From Rhodobacterales bacterium (lineage in GTDB: Bacteria > Pseudomonadota > Alphaproteobacteria > Rhodobacterales > Rhodobacteraceae): DNA of 64,000 nt. The position numbers and the translations under genes are program-made. Below, piece after piece: positions 1 to 9,303 of this stretch. The stretch covers positions 6,195 through 70,194 of the forward strand of contig QKJR01000063.1 of assembly GCA_003249215.1 (NCBI GenBank). The letters are read 5' to 3'. Within the stretch, counting starts at the first letter, position 1. Each line of letters starts with the position of its first letter. The notes under the pieces were generated by a model. That model did no database searches and was not told the origin of the DNA. It worked only from the letters and a program-made list of their open reading frames with translations.

Positions 1-300
1 CGCCTGCCAGTCATGCCCGCCGAGCATCAGATTGGTCAGCCACAACGTCAGGCAATCCACCAGCCGCGGTTGCCCATCGGTCGCATTGAGCGCGCCGATC
101 AGGTCGAGCGGCTCGGCGTGCGTGGTCCATTCCGGTCCGCGCCGCGCCTGATGGGTGGCGATCCGGGATTTCATCTCGTCGTCCCAGGCCTCGGCCGTGG
201 CGATATAGATCGCGGGCGCGCCGAAGCCGAGCGTGCGCGCCTCGGCGATCGCGCTCTTGCCGGATCGCACGCCCCCGGTGATCAGGATGGTTCTCGTCAT
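1..300 (-). CDS. cobU: Bifunctional adenosylcobinamide kinase / cobinamide-phosphate guanylyltransferase (CobU/CobP), 3' end cut by window edge
   Basis: Manual translation from ATG at 300 (not in ORF track): MTRTILITGGVRSGKSAIAE...YIATAEAWDDEMKSRIATHQARRG...LVDCLTLWLTNLM. P-loop and DCLTLWL motifs are typical of CobU. Confidence 0.93.
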   Translation of the reverse strand, partial: MTRTILITGGVRSGKSAIAEARTLGFGAPAIYIATAEAWDDEMKSRIATHQARRGPEWTTHAEPLDLIGALNATDGQPRLVDCLTLWLTNLMLGGHDWQA

Positions 301-365
301 CGCCTCTTGTCCCTTTCGCGCCGACAAAGCAGAAACGGCGCCGGGACGGAAGGAGAAATGCAACC

Positions 366-935
366 ATGGCCCCGGGTGCGGTGACCGAGCTTCTGATGAT
401 CCGCCATGCGCCGGTGGTGGCGGACGGACGGCTGGCCGGCCGGCGCGACGTGGCGGCGGATTTTTCCGGCGTGTCGGTTGCGGGGCTTGCGGCCGAGATC
501 GCGGGGGCGGCGCTGGTGGCAAGTCCCGCGCGGCGGTGTTTCGAAACCGCGGCAGCGCTCTGTCCCGGTCTGACGCCCGAAACCGATCCGCGCCTCTGGG
601 AGCAGGATTTCGGCGCGTGGGAGGGGCTGCCCTTCGCCGAGCTGCCCGATCTCGGGGCGCTGTCCGGTGCCGAGCTCGCCGCGCATTGCCCGCCGCAGGG
701 TGAGAGTTTCGCCGATCTCTGTACCCGCGTAAGGCCATCGCTCGAGGCACTCGCCGCGCGTGGGGGGCGGGTCGCGGTGGTGGCCCACGCGGGCGTCGTG
801 CGTGCCGCCCTCGCCCGGGCGACCGGCGATGTCGGGGGCGCGCTGGCGTTTCAGGTAGCGCCGCTCTCGCTGACCCGGATCATCGCCGGGCCTGGCGGCT
901 GGTCGATCGTTTGCGTCAATCGGGTCTTCACATGA
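366..935 (+). CDS. bluF: Histidine phosphatase family protein (BluF/CobC-type alpha-ribazole or adenosylcobalamin phosphatase)
   Basis: RHA motif (LMIRHAP), ASPARRC, EQDFGAWEG, VAHAGV. First gene of a blu-type cobalamin operon. Start may be GTG at 381. Confidence 0.8.
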   Translation: MAPGAVTELLMIRHAPVVADGRLAGRRDVAADFSGVSVAGLAAEIAGAALVASPARRCFETAAALCPGLTPETDPRLWEQDFGAWEGLPFAELPDLGALSGAELAAHCPPQGESFADLCTRVRPSLEALAARGGRVAVVAHAGVVRAALARATGDVGGALAFQVAPLSLTRIIAGPGGWSIVCVNRVFT

Positions 936-1726
936 GGGAGCGGCTGCACATCCCCGGGCATTTCGGCGAATGGCTGCAGGGGCGGCTTGGCCCGGAGGGG
1001 CCGGTCGCGCTGATCACCCTGCCTTGTGCCCGCCTTGGGGTGCACGCCCGCCATTGGCCGGGCGGCGCGCTGCATCTGCATCGCGCGGGGGCGCCCGAAA
1101 GGGCGCGCGCCCTTCTGACCCGCCTCGGCTTGCCCGCCTGCGGCCGGTTCGCGCTGCGGCCGCTGGCCGCGCCCGGCCTTGGCACCGGGGTTTCGACCGC
1201 CAGCCTGATCGCCATCGCCCGGATGGCCGGATCGCAGGGCGCGCCCGAAGACCTTGCCCGGGCCTGTGTGGCCGTCGAGGGCGCAAGCGATCCGCTGATG
1301 TTTGCCGATCCCGAGCGGCTGCTCTGGGCGTCGCGGATCGGGCGCAGTGTGGCGCAAATGCCCGCGCTGCCGCGCTACCAGATCCTTGGCGGTTTCTACG
1401 GCACGCCACGGCGCACCGATCCGGGCGACGACCGCTTTCCCGACATTTCCGACCTCGTCGCCGACTGGCCGCGTGCGCGCAGCCTGCCCGACTTCGCGGC
1501 GCTGGCCAGCGAAAGCGCCGCCCGCACGCTGGCGCTGCGCGGCCCCTCGGGCGACCCGAGCCTGACGCTGGCCCGCGAGATCGGGGCGCTGGGCCTTGTC
1601 GTCGCGCATACCGGCGCCGCTCGTGGTTTCGTCTTCGCCCCCGGTACGGTTCCCGAGGGCGCCGAAGGCGCATTGCGCGCCGCGGGCCTGCGTGGCGTGC
1701 TGCGGTTCAGAGGGGGCGGGGCATGA
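932..1726 (+). CDS. bluE: GHMP-family L-threonine kinase (BluE/PduX-like)
   Basis: GHFGEWLQG N-terminus, PGLGTGVSTA GHMP loop, VAHTG motif. ATGA overlap with the upstream gene. Confidence 0.85.
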   Translation: MRERLHIPGHFGEWLQGRLGPEGPVALITLPCARLGVHARHWPGGALHLHRAGAPERARALLTRLGLPACGRFALRPLAAPGLGTGVSTASLIAIARMAGSQGAPEDLARACVAVEGASDPLMFADPERLLWASRIGRSVAQMPALPRYQILGGFYGTPRRTDPGDDRFPDISDLVADWPRARSLPDFAALASESAARTLALRGPSGDPSLTLAREIGALGLVVAHTGAARGFVFAPGTVPEGAEGALRAAGLRGVLRFRGGGA

Positions 1727-2667
1727 CATTCGCACTGATGATGCTGGTCGCCATGGCTCTCGATGTGGCGCTGGGCTGGCCGGTGGGGCTCTTCACCCGG
1801 ATCGGCCATCCGGTGACCTGGCTCGGGCGGCTGATCTCGGCGCTGGAGGTGCGGCTGAACCACGGGGCGAACCGGCGCCTGCACGGCGTGATGACCGCGC
1901 TGATCGTGATCGCGGCGGCGGCGCTGCCGGCGGCGATTGTCCAAACGCTCCTGCCCCCGGGCTGGCCGCGGATCCTGATCGGCGGACTTCTCGCATGGCC
2001 GTTCGTGGCGCTGCGCTCGATGCATGATCACGTGGCGGCCGTCGCGCGTCCGCTGATCGCGGGCGATCTGGCCGCCGCGCGCCAGGCTGTCTCGATGATC
2101 GTCGGGCGCGACCCGTCGCGGCTCGATGAGGCGGGCGTCGCGCGGGCCGCGCTGGAAAGTCTGGCCGAGAACAGCTCGGACGGGATCATCGCGCCGCTCT
2201 TTTGGGGCGTCATCGCGGGCCTGCCGGGGATCGCCGCCTACAAGGCGATCAACACGCTCGATTCGATGATCGGCCATCGCAACGACCGCTATGAACAGTT
2301 CGGCTGGGCCTCGGCGCGGATCGACGATCTGGTCAATTTGCTGCCTGCGCGGATCACCGGGGTGCTCTTTGGTCTGGCGGCGGGGCGGGGCGGGGCGCGG
2401 GCGCTCGATGCGATGGAACGCGACGCCCGCGCGCATCGCTCGCCCAATGCGGGCTGGCCCGAGGCGGCGCTCGCCGGGGCGCTGAACATCCGCCTGTCCG
2501 GGCCGCGGATCTATGGCGACCGGATTGCGAACGAGCCCTGGCTGAACGGCGCCGCCCCCGATCCGGTGCCACGGGATCTGGCGCGGGGGCTCGGTCTTTA
2601 CCGGCGGGCGATGGCGATTGCGGCGGGGCTGATCGCCAGTGTCGCCTGGGCGGGGAGCCTTTTCTGA
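1723..2667 (+). CDS. cbiB: Adenosylcobinamide-phosphate synthase CbiB/CobD
   Basis: GHPVTWLG, IVGRD, ESLAENSSDG, YKAINTLDSMIG, HRSPNAGWPEAA motifs. ATGA overlap at 1723-1726; the upstream extension in the ORF track is spurious. Confidence 0.95.
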   Translation: MTFALMMLVAMALDVALGWPVGLFTRIGHPVTWLGRLISALEVRLNHGANRRLHGVMTALIVIAAAALPAAIVQTLLPPGWPRILIGGLLAWPFVALRSMHDHVAAVARPLIAGDLAAARQAVSMIVGRDPSRLDEAGVARAALESLAENSSDGIIAPLFWGVIAGLPGIAAYKAINTLDSMIGHRNDRYEQFGWASARIDDLVNLLPARITGVLFGLAAGRGGARALDAMERDARAHRSPNAGWPEAALAGALNIRLSGPRIYGDRIANEPWLNGAAPDPVPRDLARGLGLYRRAMAIAAGLIASVAWAGSLF

Positions 2668-3647
2668 TGCGCGATCACGGCGGGAATATCGACTGGGCGC
2701 GAGCCAACTGGGGCGGCGACGACTGGATCGACCTTTCGACAGGGATCAACCGGGTGCCGTATCCGTTGCCCGATCTGCCGCCCGAGGTCTGGACCCAGCT
2801 TCCCACGGCCGAGGCCAAGGCGCGGCTGATCGGGGCGGCACAAGTGGCGCTCGGAACCACCGCATCGGGCGTCGCGCTCGCCGGGGCGCAGGCGGCGATC
2901 CAGATGGTGCCGCGCCTGACCGCGCCGGGCCGCGCGCGGGTTCTGGCGCCGACCTACAACGAACATGCGGCGAGCCTGCGCGCGGCGGGGTGGCAGGTCG
3001 AGGAGGTCGCCGATCTCGCGGCGCTCGCGGGGGCCGATCTCGCCGTCGTCGTCAATCCGAACAACCCCGATGGCCGCTGTCACGATCCGCAGGTCCTGCG
3101 CGCGCTGGCGGGGCAGGTGGGGCTGTTGGTGGTCGATGAGAGCTTCGGCGACCCGCGCCCCGATCTGTCGCTCTTGCCCGATCCGGGGCGGGCGCTCGTG
3201 CTGCGCTCCTTCGGCAAGTTCTGGGGGCTGGCGGGGGTGCGGCTCGGCTTTGCCTTCGGGCCCGGGGCGTTGGTCGAACGGCTGACCGAGATGGCGGGGC
3301 CCTGGCCGGTCTCGGGGGCCGCGATCGAGATCGGCACCCGCGCGCTCGCCGATGCGGACTGGGCGCGCGTCACGATCGCGCGGTTGCGCGCGGATGCCGC
3401 GCGGATGGACGATCTCGGTGCCGTCGCCGGCTGGCGCCTGATCGGCGGCACGGAACTCTTTCGGAGCTATCACACCGCCGATGCGGTGGCGGCGCAGGAC
3501 CATCTTGCGCGCCATCGTATCTGGTCGCGCGTCTTCCCCTGGTCACCCACCTGGATCCGCCTCGGCCTGCCGGCGCCGGACGAATGGGACAGGGTTGATG
3601 CTGCGCTGCAGCAGTGTGCAGATGACGGCCGGCACAACCCGTGCTAG
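2667..3647 (+). CDS. cobC: Threonine-phosphate decarboxylase (CobC of aerobic-pathway nomenclature / BluC), PLP-dependent
   Basis: RDHGG start, IDLSTGIN, VNPNNPDG, VDESF, RSFGKFWGLAGVRLG. Confidence 0.92.
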   Translation: MRDHGGNIDWARANWGGDDWIDLSTGINRVPYPLPDLPPEVWTQLPTAEAKARLIGAAQVALGTTASGVALAGAQAAIQMVPRLTAPGRARVLAPTYNEHAASLRAAGWQVEEVADLAALAGADLAVVVNPNNPDGRCHDPQVLRALAGQVGLLVVDESFGDPRPDLSLLPDPGRALVLRSFGKFWGLAGVRLGFAFGPGALVERLTEMAGPWPVSGAAIEIGTRALADADWARVTIARLRADAARMDDLGAVAGWRLIGGTELFRSYHTADAVAAQDHLARHRIWSRVFPWSPTWIRLGLPAPDEWDRVDAALQQCADDGRHNPC

Positions 3648-3680
3648 GACTTTGACTTCAAACGTATCGCAGAGGCGGCC

Positions 3681-4415
3681 ATGACGGGTTTCATCTCTTT
3701 TGTCTCTTCCGGGCCGGGTGATCCCGAGCTGATCACCTTGAAGGCGGTGGATCGCCTGCAACAGGCCGATGTCGTTTTGTTCGATGATCTCGCATCGGGG
3801 CCGGTTCTGGGCCATGCCGGCGCGCGGGCCGAGCTGATCGCGGTGGGCAAACGGGCCGGGCGCCCCTCGGCCAAGCAGGAGCACGTGAACGCGCTGCTGG
3901 TCGAGCACGGGCTCGCGGGGCGCCATGTCGTGCGGCTGAAATCCGGCGACTCCGGCATCTTCGGGCGGCTGGAAGAGGAGATGGCGGCGCTGCGCGGTGC
4001 GGGCCTGCGCTACGAGATCATTCCGGGCGTGCCCTCGGCCTGTGCGGCGGCGGCGATGGCGGGGATCCCGCTGACGCGGCGGCTGACCGCGCGGCGGGTG
4101 CAATTCGTGACCGGCGCCGATGTGACCGGTGGCCTGCCCGAGGCGGTGAACTGGGCCGCGCTCGCCGATGCGCAGGCGACCACGGTCGTGTTCATGGGCA
4201 AGCGCACCTTCCCGAAGCTCGCGGCGGGGCTCATCGCCCATGGCCTGCCGCCCGAGACGTCCGCGTTGATGGCCGAAGCGGTGGGCCACCCCGAGCAGAC
4301 ACTCTTGCGCGACACGGTGGCGGGGCTTGCCGCGCGGCTCACCGGGGCCGCGGCGGATCATCCGACGCTGATCCTCTATGGGCCGCTCGCCGCATTCGAC
4401 CCGCCCGCAACGTGA
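3681..4415 (+). CDS. cobA: Uroporphyrinogen-III C-methyltransferase
   Basis: GPGDPELITLKA, VRLKSGD, FGRLEEE, IIPGVPSA motifs. Confidence 0.92.
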   Translation: MTGFISFVSSGPGDPELITLKAVDRLQQADVVLFDDLASGPVLGHAGARAELIAVGKRAGRPSAKQEHVNALLVEHGLAGRHVVRLKSGDSGIFGRLEEEMAALRGAGLRYEIIPGVPSACAAAAMAGIPLTRRLTARRVQFVTGADVTGGLPEAVNWAALADAQATTVVFMGKRTFPKLAAGLIAHGLPPETSALMAEAVGHPEQTLLRDTVAGLAARLTGAAADHPTLILYGPLAAFDPPAT

Positions 4416-4417
4416 AA

Positions 4418-4439
4418 CGCGCGCCCCGAGGGGCGCGCG
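4418..4439. terminator. GC-rich hairpin between convergent cobA and azoreductase genes
   Basis: cgcgcgcccc-ga-ggggcgcgcg inverted repeat right after the cobA stop; U-tract is weak. Confidence 0.45.
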
Positions 4440-4462
4440 CCGGTTTCGTGAGTGGTGAGCGA

Positions 4463-5035
4463 TCAGGCCGCGAGTTTCGCGATCTCGGCTTCGGCGCGGG
4501 CCACGGCGGCCGCGGCATCGACGGCCACGCCCTCGGCGGCGACCACGGTCACATCGGTGATGCCGATGAAGCCCAGCACCTGCTTGATATAGGGGGTCGC
4601 GAGGTCATAGCCCGAACCGGCCGGCACGCCGCCCGAGGCATAGGCCACGATCACGCGTTTCGCACCGGCAAGGCCCTGCGGGCCGGCTTCGGTGTATTTG
4701 AAGGTCTCGCCGACGCGGCAGACCATGTCGATCCAGGCCTTGAGCGGGCCGGTCACGCCGAAGTTGTAGATGCCGCAGCCGATCACGACCACATCGGCCG
4801 CCTTCAGTTCGGCGATCAGCTCGTCCGAAAGCGCGAGCAGCTCTTTTTGCTCGGCGGTGCGGGCATCGGCGGGCGTATAGGCGGCGCCGATCCACGCGCC
4901 GTCGATCATCGGGATTGCGGTGGCGTCGCGTTCGGTCACCTCGCCGCCGATCTGGTCGACGATGGCACCGGTGAGTTTGCGGGTGATCGAGGCGTCGCCT
5001 TTGATGGACGTGTCGATGCGAAGGATCTTGGTCAT
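4463..5035 (-). CDS. azoR: FMN-dependent NADH-azoreductase (AzoR/AcpD)
   Basis: MTKILRIDTS..., YNFGV..LKAWID, GETFKYTEAGPQGL, ASGG motifs. GGAG RBS upstream of ATG 5035. Confidence 0.9.
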   Translation of the reverse strand: MTKILRIDTSIKGDASITRKLTGAIVDQIGGEVTERDATAIPMIDGAWIGAAYTPADARTAEQKELLALSDELIAELKAADVVVIGCGIYNFGVTGPLKAWIDMVCRVGETFKYTEAGPQGLAGAKRVIVAYASGGVPAGSGYDLATPYIKQVLGFIGITDVTVVAAEGVAVDAAAAVARAEAEIAKLAA

Positions 5036-5092
5036 GGGGAGGACTCCGGTTTGCAGATGCAGCTTTGCACTTGCGGCAAGAATTGGCCCTTG

Positions 5093-5106
5093 TGCGTTCG
5101 AACGCA
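5093..5106. promoter_or_regulatory. 14-bp perfect palindrome between divergent azoR and LysR genes (candidate operator)
   Basis: TGCGTTCGAACGCA is its own reverse complement and lies in the 110-bp divergent spacer. Confidence 0.35.
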
Positions 5107-5145
5107 ACTGTCATGATCGCACCGACTTTGTTCGCAGGTGCACAA

Positions 5146-6036
5146 ATGAGCTTCGACAACTGGGATGAGATCCGCACCGCCTTTCAGGTGGCGCGAGTGG
5201 GGACGGTCTCCGGCGCGGCCGAGGTGCTGGGGGTTCACCATGCCACGGTGATCCGGCATGTCGACGCGCTCGAGACGCGGCTCGGCACGAAACTGTTTCA
5301 GCGTCACCCCCGCGGCTATACGCCCACCGAGGCGGGGCAACAGCTTCTGGCGGTCGGTCAGGCGACCGAGGATCAGTTCAACCAGCTTGCCGCACGGATC
5401 GCGGGCGCGGGCGAGGAGGTGACGGGCGAGTTGATCATCACCTCGCTGCCGACCTTCTCGGGGCTCGTGCTGCCTGCGCTCGATCAGCTCATCGAGGATC
5501 ATCCCGGCCTGCGGCTGCGCTATCTCACCGATCAGCGGGTCTTTCGCCTCGAATATGGCGAGGCCCATCTCGCAGTGCGGGCGGGCAACCGGCCGACCGA
5601 ACCCGATAACGTGGTGCAGGCGCTCGGCGGACATCCGGTCGGGGTCTATGCCTCGCAGGGCTATATCGACCGCCACGGCCGGCCGACGCCCGAGACCCTT
5701 GCGCAGCATCGCTTCATCGGCCCGGACAATCGCGAGAACCGGGCGCCCTTCTACCGCTGGATGGCGACGGAAATCCCCGACGAGCAGGTGATCTTTCGTT
5801 CGAACGATCCCGAATCGCAGGTCATGGCGGTGCGCGCGGGGCTTGGGATCGGCTTCGTGCCGAGCCTGAGCGCCGAGCTCGAGCCGGGTCTCATTCAGGT
5901 GAGCCCACCGCGCCCGGAATGGGAATCGGTGCTTTGGCTGGTGACCCATGTCGACTTGCACCGCACGCCCAAGGTGCAGGCTGCGTTGCGCGCGCTCAAG
6001 GCGCGGGCGGTGCAATGCGGGTTGAAGACCGCCTGA
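5146..6036 (+). CDS. LysR-family transcriptional regulator
   Basis: N-terminal HTH (WDEIRTAFQVARVGTVSGAAEVLGVHHATVIRHVDALE..LF.R) plus substrate-binding domain. Divergent from azoR. Confidence 0.92.
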   Translation: MSFDNWDEIRTAFQVARVGTVSGAAEVLGVHHATVIRHVDALETRLGTKLFQRHPRGYTPTEAGQQLLAVGQATEDQFNQLAARIAGAGEEVTGELIITSLPTFSGLVLPALDQLIEDHPGLRLRYLTDQRVFRLEYGEAHLAVRAGNRPTEPDNVVQALGGHPVGVYASQGYIDRHGRPTPETLAQHRFIGPDNRENRAPFYRWMATEIPDEQVIFRSNDPESQVMAVRAGLGIGFVPSLSAELEPGLIQVSPPRPEWESVLWLVTHVDLHRTPKVQAALRALKARAVQCGLKTA

Positions 6037-6040
6037 GACC

Positions 6041-7285
6041 TCAGCGCGCAGCGCGGCGCGGGGCGCTGCGCTGGCCGATGGGGGCGGGTTTCTGCGCCGG
6101 GGCCTCGGGCAGGGCACGATGCACCGGCAGCGCGGCGGCGGTCTTGCGATCCTGCGCGCGCAGCCATTCGCGGCTCGCCGCGAGCGCATATTGCAGCGCG
6201 AGCCCGCCGAGGATCAGCGCGCTGTCCTGTGCGAACCCGCCCGGATGCACCTCCTTGATCGCCTGCGCGAGGATCGCGAGCACGGTGCCGAGCGCAAAGA
6301 CCGGAAGCCCCTGCCGCCCGAGCACCCGCACCACGCCCGCCGCGCGTGAGGCGGCGATCCGCGGCACGATCCCGGGCAGGCTGAGCAGATAGGCCAGCGC
6401 CAGGAAATGCGTCAGCCGCATCACCGAGACATAGGTCTTGTCGTTATCCACGAGGAAGAAGGGCACATCCCACTGGCGCAATTGCCAGATCACATGGCCC
6501 AGATCGGTCATCAATTGCTCGGAGCGCACCCAGACAAGGCAGAAAGCCACCCAGAGGCCCGCAACCCAGATCAGTCCCTTGTGGACCGGCGCAAAGCGTT
6601 CGCCCCGGCGCAGCGCGAGGCCGGTCAGAATGCCGAGGCTGAAGAGAAGCTGCCAGGCGAAGGGGTTGAAGAACCAGCCGCCGTCGAAGGGATAGTTCGG
6701 CAGATCGAGCCGGGTCATCCCGGTCAGCGCCCAGAAGCCGAACGTGAAGGCCAGTAGCCCGCGCGGCGAGCGCAGCCCGAGCCGGATCAGGAAGGGCGCG
6801 CCGAGCAGAAGCACCGCATACATCGGCAGGATGTTCACATAACCGAGCTGATGGCCGAGCGTCACGATCCCGATCAGGAAGCCGAGCGGATCGGTGGTCA
6901 GCGGCAAAAAGGCGTTGCGGGTCAGAAGCACCTCGCCGCCGAACCATTTCGCGGCACTCGCGATGATCGCGATCGCCCAGGCGGCGGTCATCAGATGCAC
7001 GAGATAAAGGAGCCACGCCCGCCCCCAGATCTTGCGAAATGATCCGAGATTGAGCCCGCCCGCGAGTTTCGGCCCATAGGCCAGTGCCGCCGCGCAGCCC
7101 GACATGAAGACGAACCCTTCGGCCGCATCCGAATGGCCGAAATTGCGCGAGGTCAGCGTCTCGTAGATCGTGCCCGGAACATGGTTCAGGTAGATCATGA
7201 TCAGGCTGAGCCCGCGGAAAAAATCGAGGCGCGGATCGCGCGCGCCTTGCGGCAGGGCGGCGTTGGCGGGACGGGTCTCAGGCAT
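6041..7285 (-). CDS. opgC: OpgC, periplasmic glucan succinyltransferase
   Basis: RDPRLDFFRG, SDAAEGFVFMSG, NILPMY, WFFNPFAWQLLF motifs. Last gene of the opgGIH operon. Confidence 0.9.
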   Translation of the reverse strand: MPETRPANAALPQGARDPRLDFFRGLSLIMIYLNHVPGTIYETLTSRNFGHSDAAEGFVFMSGCAAALAYGPKLAGGLNLGSFRKIWGRAWLLYLVHLMTAAWAIAIIASAAKWFGGEVLLTRNAFLPLTTDPLGFLIGIVTLGHQLGYVNILPMYAVLLLGAPFLIRLGLRSPRGLLAFTFGFWALTGMTRLDLPNYPFDGGWFFNPFAWQLLFSLGILTGLALRRGERFAPVHKGLIWVAGLWVAFCLVWVRSEQLMTDLGHVIWQLRQWDVPFFLVDNDKTYVSVMRLTHFLALAYLLSLPGIVPRIAASRAAGVVRVLGRQGLPVFALGTVLAILAQAIKEVHPGGFAQDSALILGGLALQYALAASREWLRAQDRKTAAALPVHRALPEAPAQKPAPIGQRSAPRRAAR

Positions 7286-9077
7286 GGGCGGTCTCGGGGT
7301 GTTGCGGTCCGGGCGGGGTCGCCTCGGGGGCGGCTTCGGGGGCGCTCCAGCGCGCGAGCACCGCATCATGGCGGGCGACGACGGGTGGGATCTGATATTC
7401 GGCGGGCACCGACATGAGCCGGCCCGACGAGGGATGCGAGGACCACCACAGGATCAGCGGCGCGCCGATCATCGGCAGGCCGACCGGCAGCAGCCACAGA
7501 AGCAGACCGGGCGCGAAGGTCCAGGTCGCGCCGAGCCCCAGCAGGCCGATCGTCAGGATCCAGTGCGAGGCGAGGAAACTGTCGCGCAGGCTCAGGCTGC
7601 CGTCGCCGCGGTTGTTGGTGGGCCAGCCGCCGTCGCGCCCGAGCATGACCTGCAGCACCGAACGCGTCGCATACATCAGCAGGACCGGCGCCGTGAGCGA
7701 GGAAAACGCAAGCTCCCCCAGCGTCGAGGCGAGCGCGAGGCCCGCCCCGCCGAAGCCGCGGGCGCGGCCGGTGATCCCGGCGCGCAGCGCGATCAGGATC
7801 TTGGGCAGGAGCAGGAGGCCGAAGACGCCGATCGCAAGGCTGATCGCCTTCGAGGCCGAGGAGGGCGGGAAATAGGGGAAGGGCCAGTAGGGCTCGGGGA
7901 AGTAATCCGGCGGCGGCGCGATCAGGGGCGCCACGATCGAGGCGGCCAGAAAGCCGAGCCAGAACAAGGGCGCGATATAGGCCATGATGCCTTGCGCGAA
8001 GACGAAGCGCGACCAGGGTTTCAGCCCCGGCGCGCCGATGATCCGGCTGTGCTGCAGGTTGCCCTGACACCAGCGGCGGTCGCGCTTGGCATGGTCGACG
8101 ATATTCTCGGGGCCCTCTTCGTAGCTGCCGCCGAGATCGTCATCCAGCCGCACGATCCAGTTCGAGCGCGCCAGCAGTGCCGCCTCGACGTAATCGTGGC
8201 TCATGACATGGCCGCCAAAGGGCGGTCGTCCGCGCAAAGCCGGCAAGCCGCAGCTCTCGGCGAAGGCGCGGACCCGCACGATGGCGTTATGGCCCCAGAA
8301 CGGCCCGGTCTCGCCCTGCATCATCGCAAGGCCGCGTGCGAAGATCGGTGAGAAGAAGCTGGCCGAGAATTGCATCGCGCGGCCAAAGCGCGAGCGGGCG
8401 CGGATCACCTTGGGCAGCGTCTGCAGCAGACCGAGCCGCGGCTCGGCCTCCATCCGGCGGATCATCTGCAGGATGGTCGCGCCTTCCATCAGGCTGTCGG
8501 CGTCGAGAATGACGGCATAATCATAGGCCGCGCCCGAGCGGGTGATGAAATCCTCGATATTGCCGGCCTTCTTGCCCGTGTTGTTCTCGCGCCGGCGATA
8601 GAAGAAGCGGCCGACACCGTCGCGCTCGGCGACGAGGCGGGCGAAGGTCTCGACCTCGCGCGCGGCGATGTCCTCCTTGCGGGTGTCCGACAGGATCGCG
8701 AAATGCACCTCGGCCGGGTCGCGGCAACCGGCGAGAGAGGCGTCCATCGCGGCCACGCGCGAGAAGGTGGTCACCGGATCCTCGTTATAGACCGGCACGA
8801 GCACCACCGTGCGGCCGCGGATCGGCGCGGCGGGGTCATAGGCGGGCGCGCGCGCGAAAGTGGTAAGCCCAATCAGCGCCTGCACCGCGCCCCAGGCGAG
8901 CCAGAGCGTCGAGATCAGGATCAGCACCGCGCGGGTGATGTCGAGAATGTCGAGCCCGTCGGCATCGCCGAATTGCAAAAACAGCCAGAACGCGCCAAGC
9001 CCGGCCAGCAGGCTGAGCGCAAGCGCCAGCCCGCGTAGGCCATAGAGTCCGACACGCGAGGGATGAGCGCGGCTCAT
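7278..9077 (-). CDS. opgH: Glucans biosynthesis glucosyltransferase OpgH (MdoH)
   Basis: PVYNED, ILSDT, KAGNI, LDADS, FWGHNAI, SHDYVEA, RDRRWCQGNLQH motifs. Confidence 0.95.
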   Translation of the reverse strand: MSRAHPSRVGLYGLRGLALALSLLAGLGAFWLFLQFGDADGLDILDITRAVLILISTLWLAWGAVQALIGLTTFARAPAYDPAAPIRGRTVVLVPVYNEDPVTTFSRVAAMDASLAGCRDPAEVHFAILSDTRKEDIAAREVETFARLVAERDGVGRFFYRRRENNTGKKAGNIEDFITRSGAAYDYAVILDADSLMEGATILQMIRRMEAEPRLGLLQTLPKVIRARSRFGRAMQFSASFFSPIFARGLAMMQGETGPFWGHNAIVRVRAFAESCGLPALRGRPPFGGHVMSHDYVEAALLARSNWIVRLDDDLGGSYEEGPENIVDHAKRDRRWCQGNLQHSRIIGAPGLKPWSRFVFAQGIMAYIAPLFWLGFLAASIVAPLIAPPPDYFPEPYWPFPYFPPSSASKAISLAIGVFGLLLLPKILIALRAGITGRARGFGGAGLALASTLGELAFSSLTAPVLLMYATRSVLQVMLGRDGGWPTNNRGDGSLSLRDSFLASHWILTIGLLGLGATWTFAPGLLLWLLPVGLPMIGAPLILWWSSHPSSGRLMSVPAEYQIPPVVARHDAVLARWSAPEAAPEATPPGPQHPETAHA

Positions 9078-9081
9078 GGGG

Positions 9082-9303
9082 TCAGGCGCCGGCACCCGCC
9101 GAGGGGGCCGCGGGACGCTGCGGCAAGAGCGCGGCGATCAGGCGGCGGATCAGCCCGGTCCGGGGCTCGATCACCTGCGGCGGCATTGCCATCGGCGCGA
9201 CGGGCAGGGCACAGGGCCCCGCGACCAGCGCGGTGGGCGCAAGCGCCCGGGCTTCGACAGCTTCGGCGGCGTCGGCCGCGTCGGGGAAGAGATATGCGGT
9301 CAT
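9082..9303 (-). CDS. opgI: Small protein OpgI-like (73 aa)
   Basis: ATGA-coupled to the opgG stop and sits between opgG and opgH, as in the Rhodobacter opgGIH operon. Contains a P-V-A-P-M-A-M-P-P-Q motif. Confidence 0.65.
   Translation of the reverse strand: MTAYLFPDAADAAEAVEARALAPTALVAGPCALPVAPMAMPPQVIEPRTGLIRRLIAALLPQRPAAPSAGAGA

Noticed and set aside
301-365. Cobalamin riboswitch between cobU and bluF
   Set aside because: The spacer is only 65 bp, too short, and has no B12-box.
4405-4420. ACGTGAAAC resembling a parS half-site (also CACGTGAAA near 20027)
   Set aside because: Only one arm matches GTTTCACGTGAAAC, and both overlap coding sequence.
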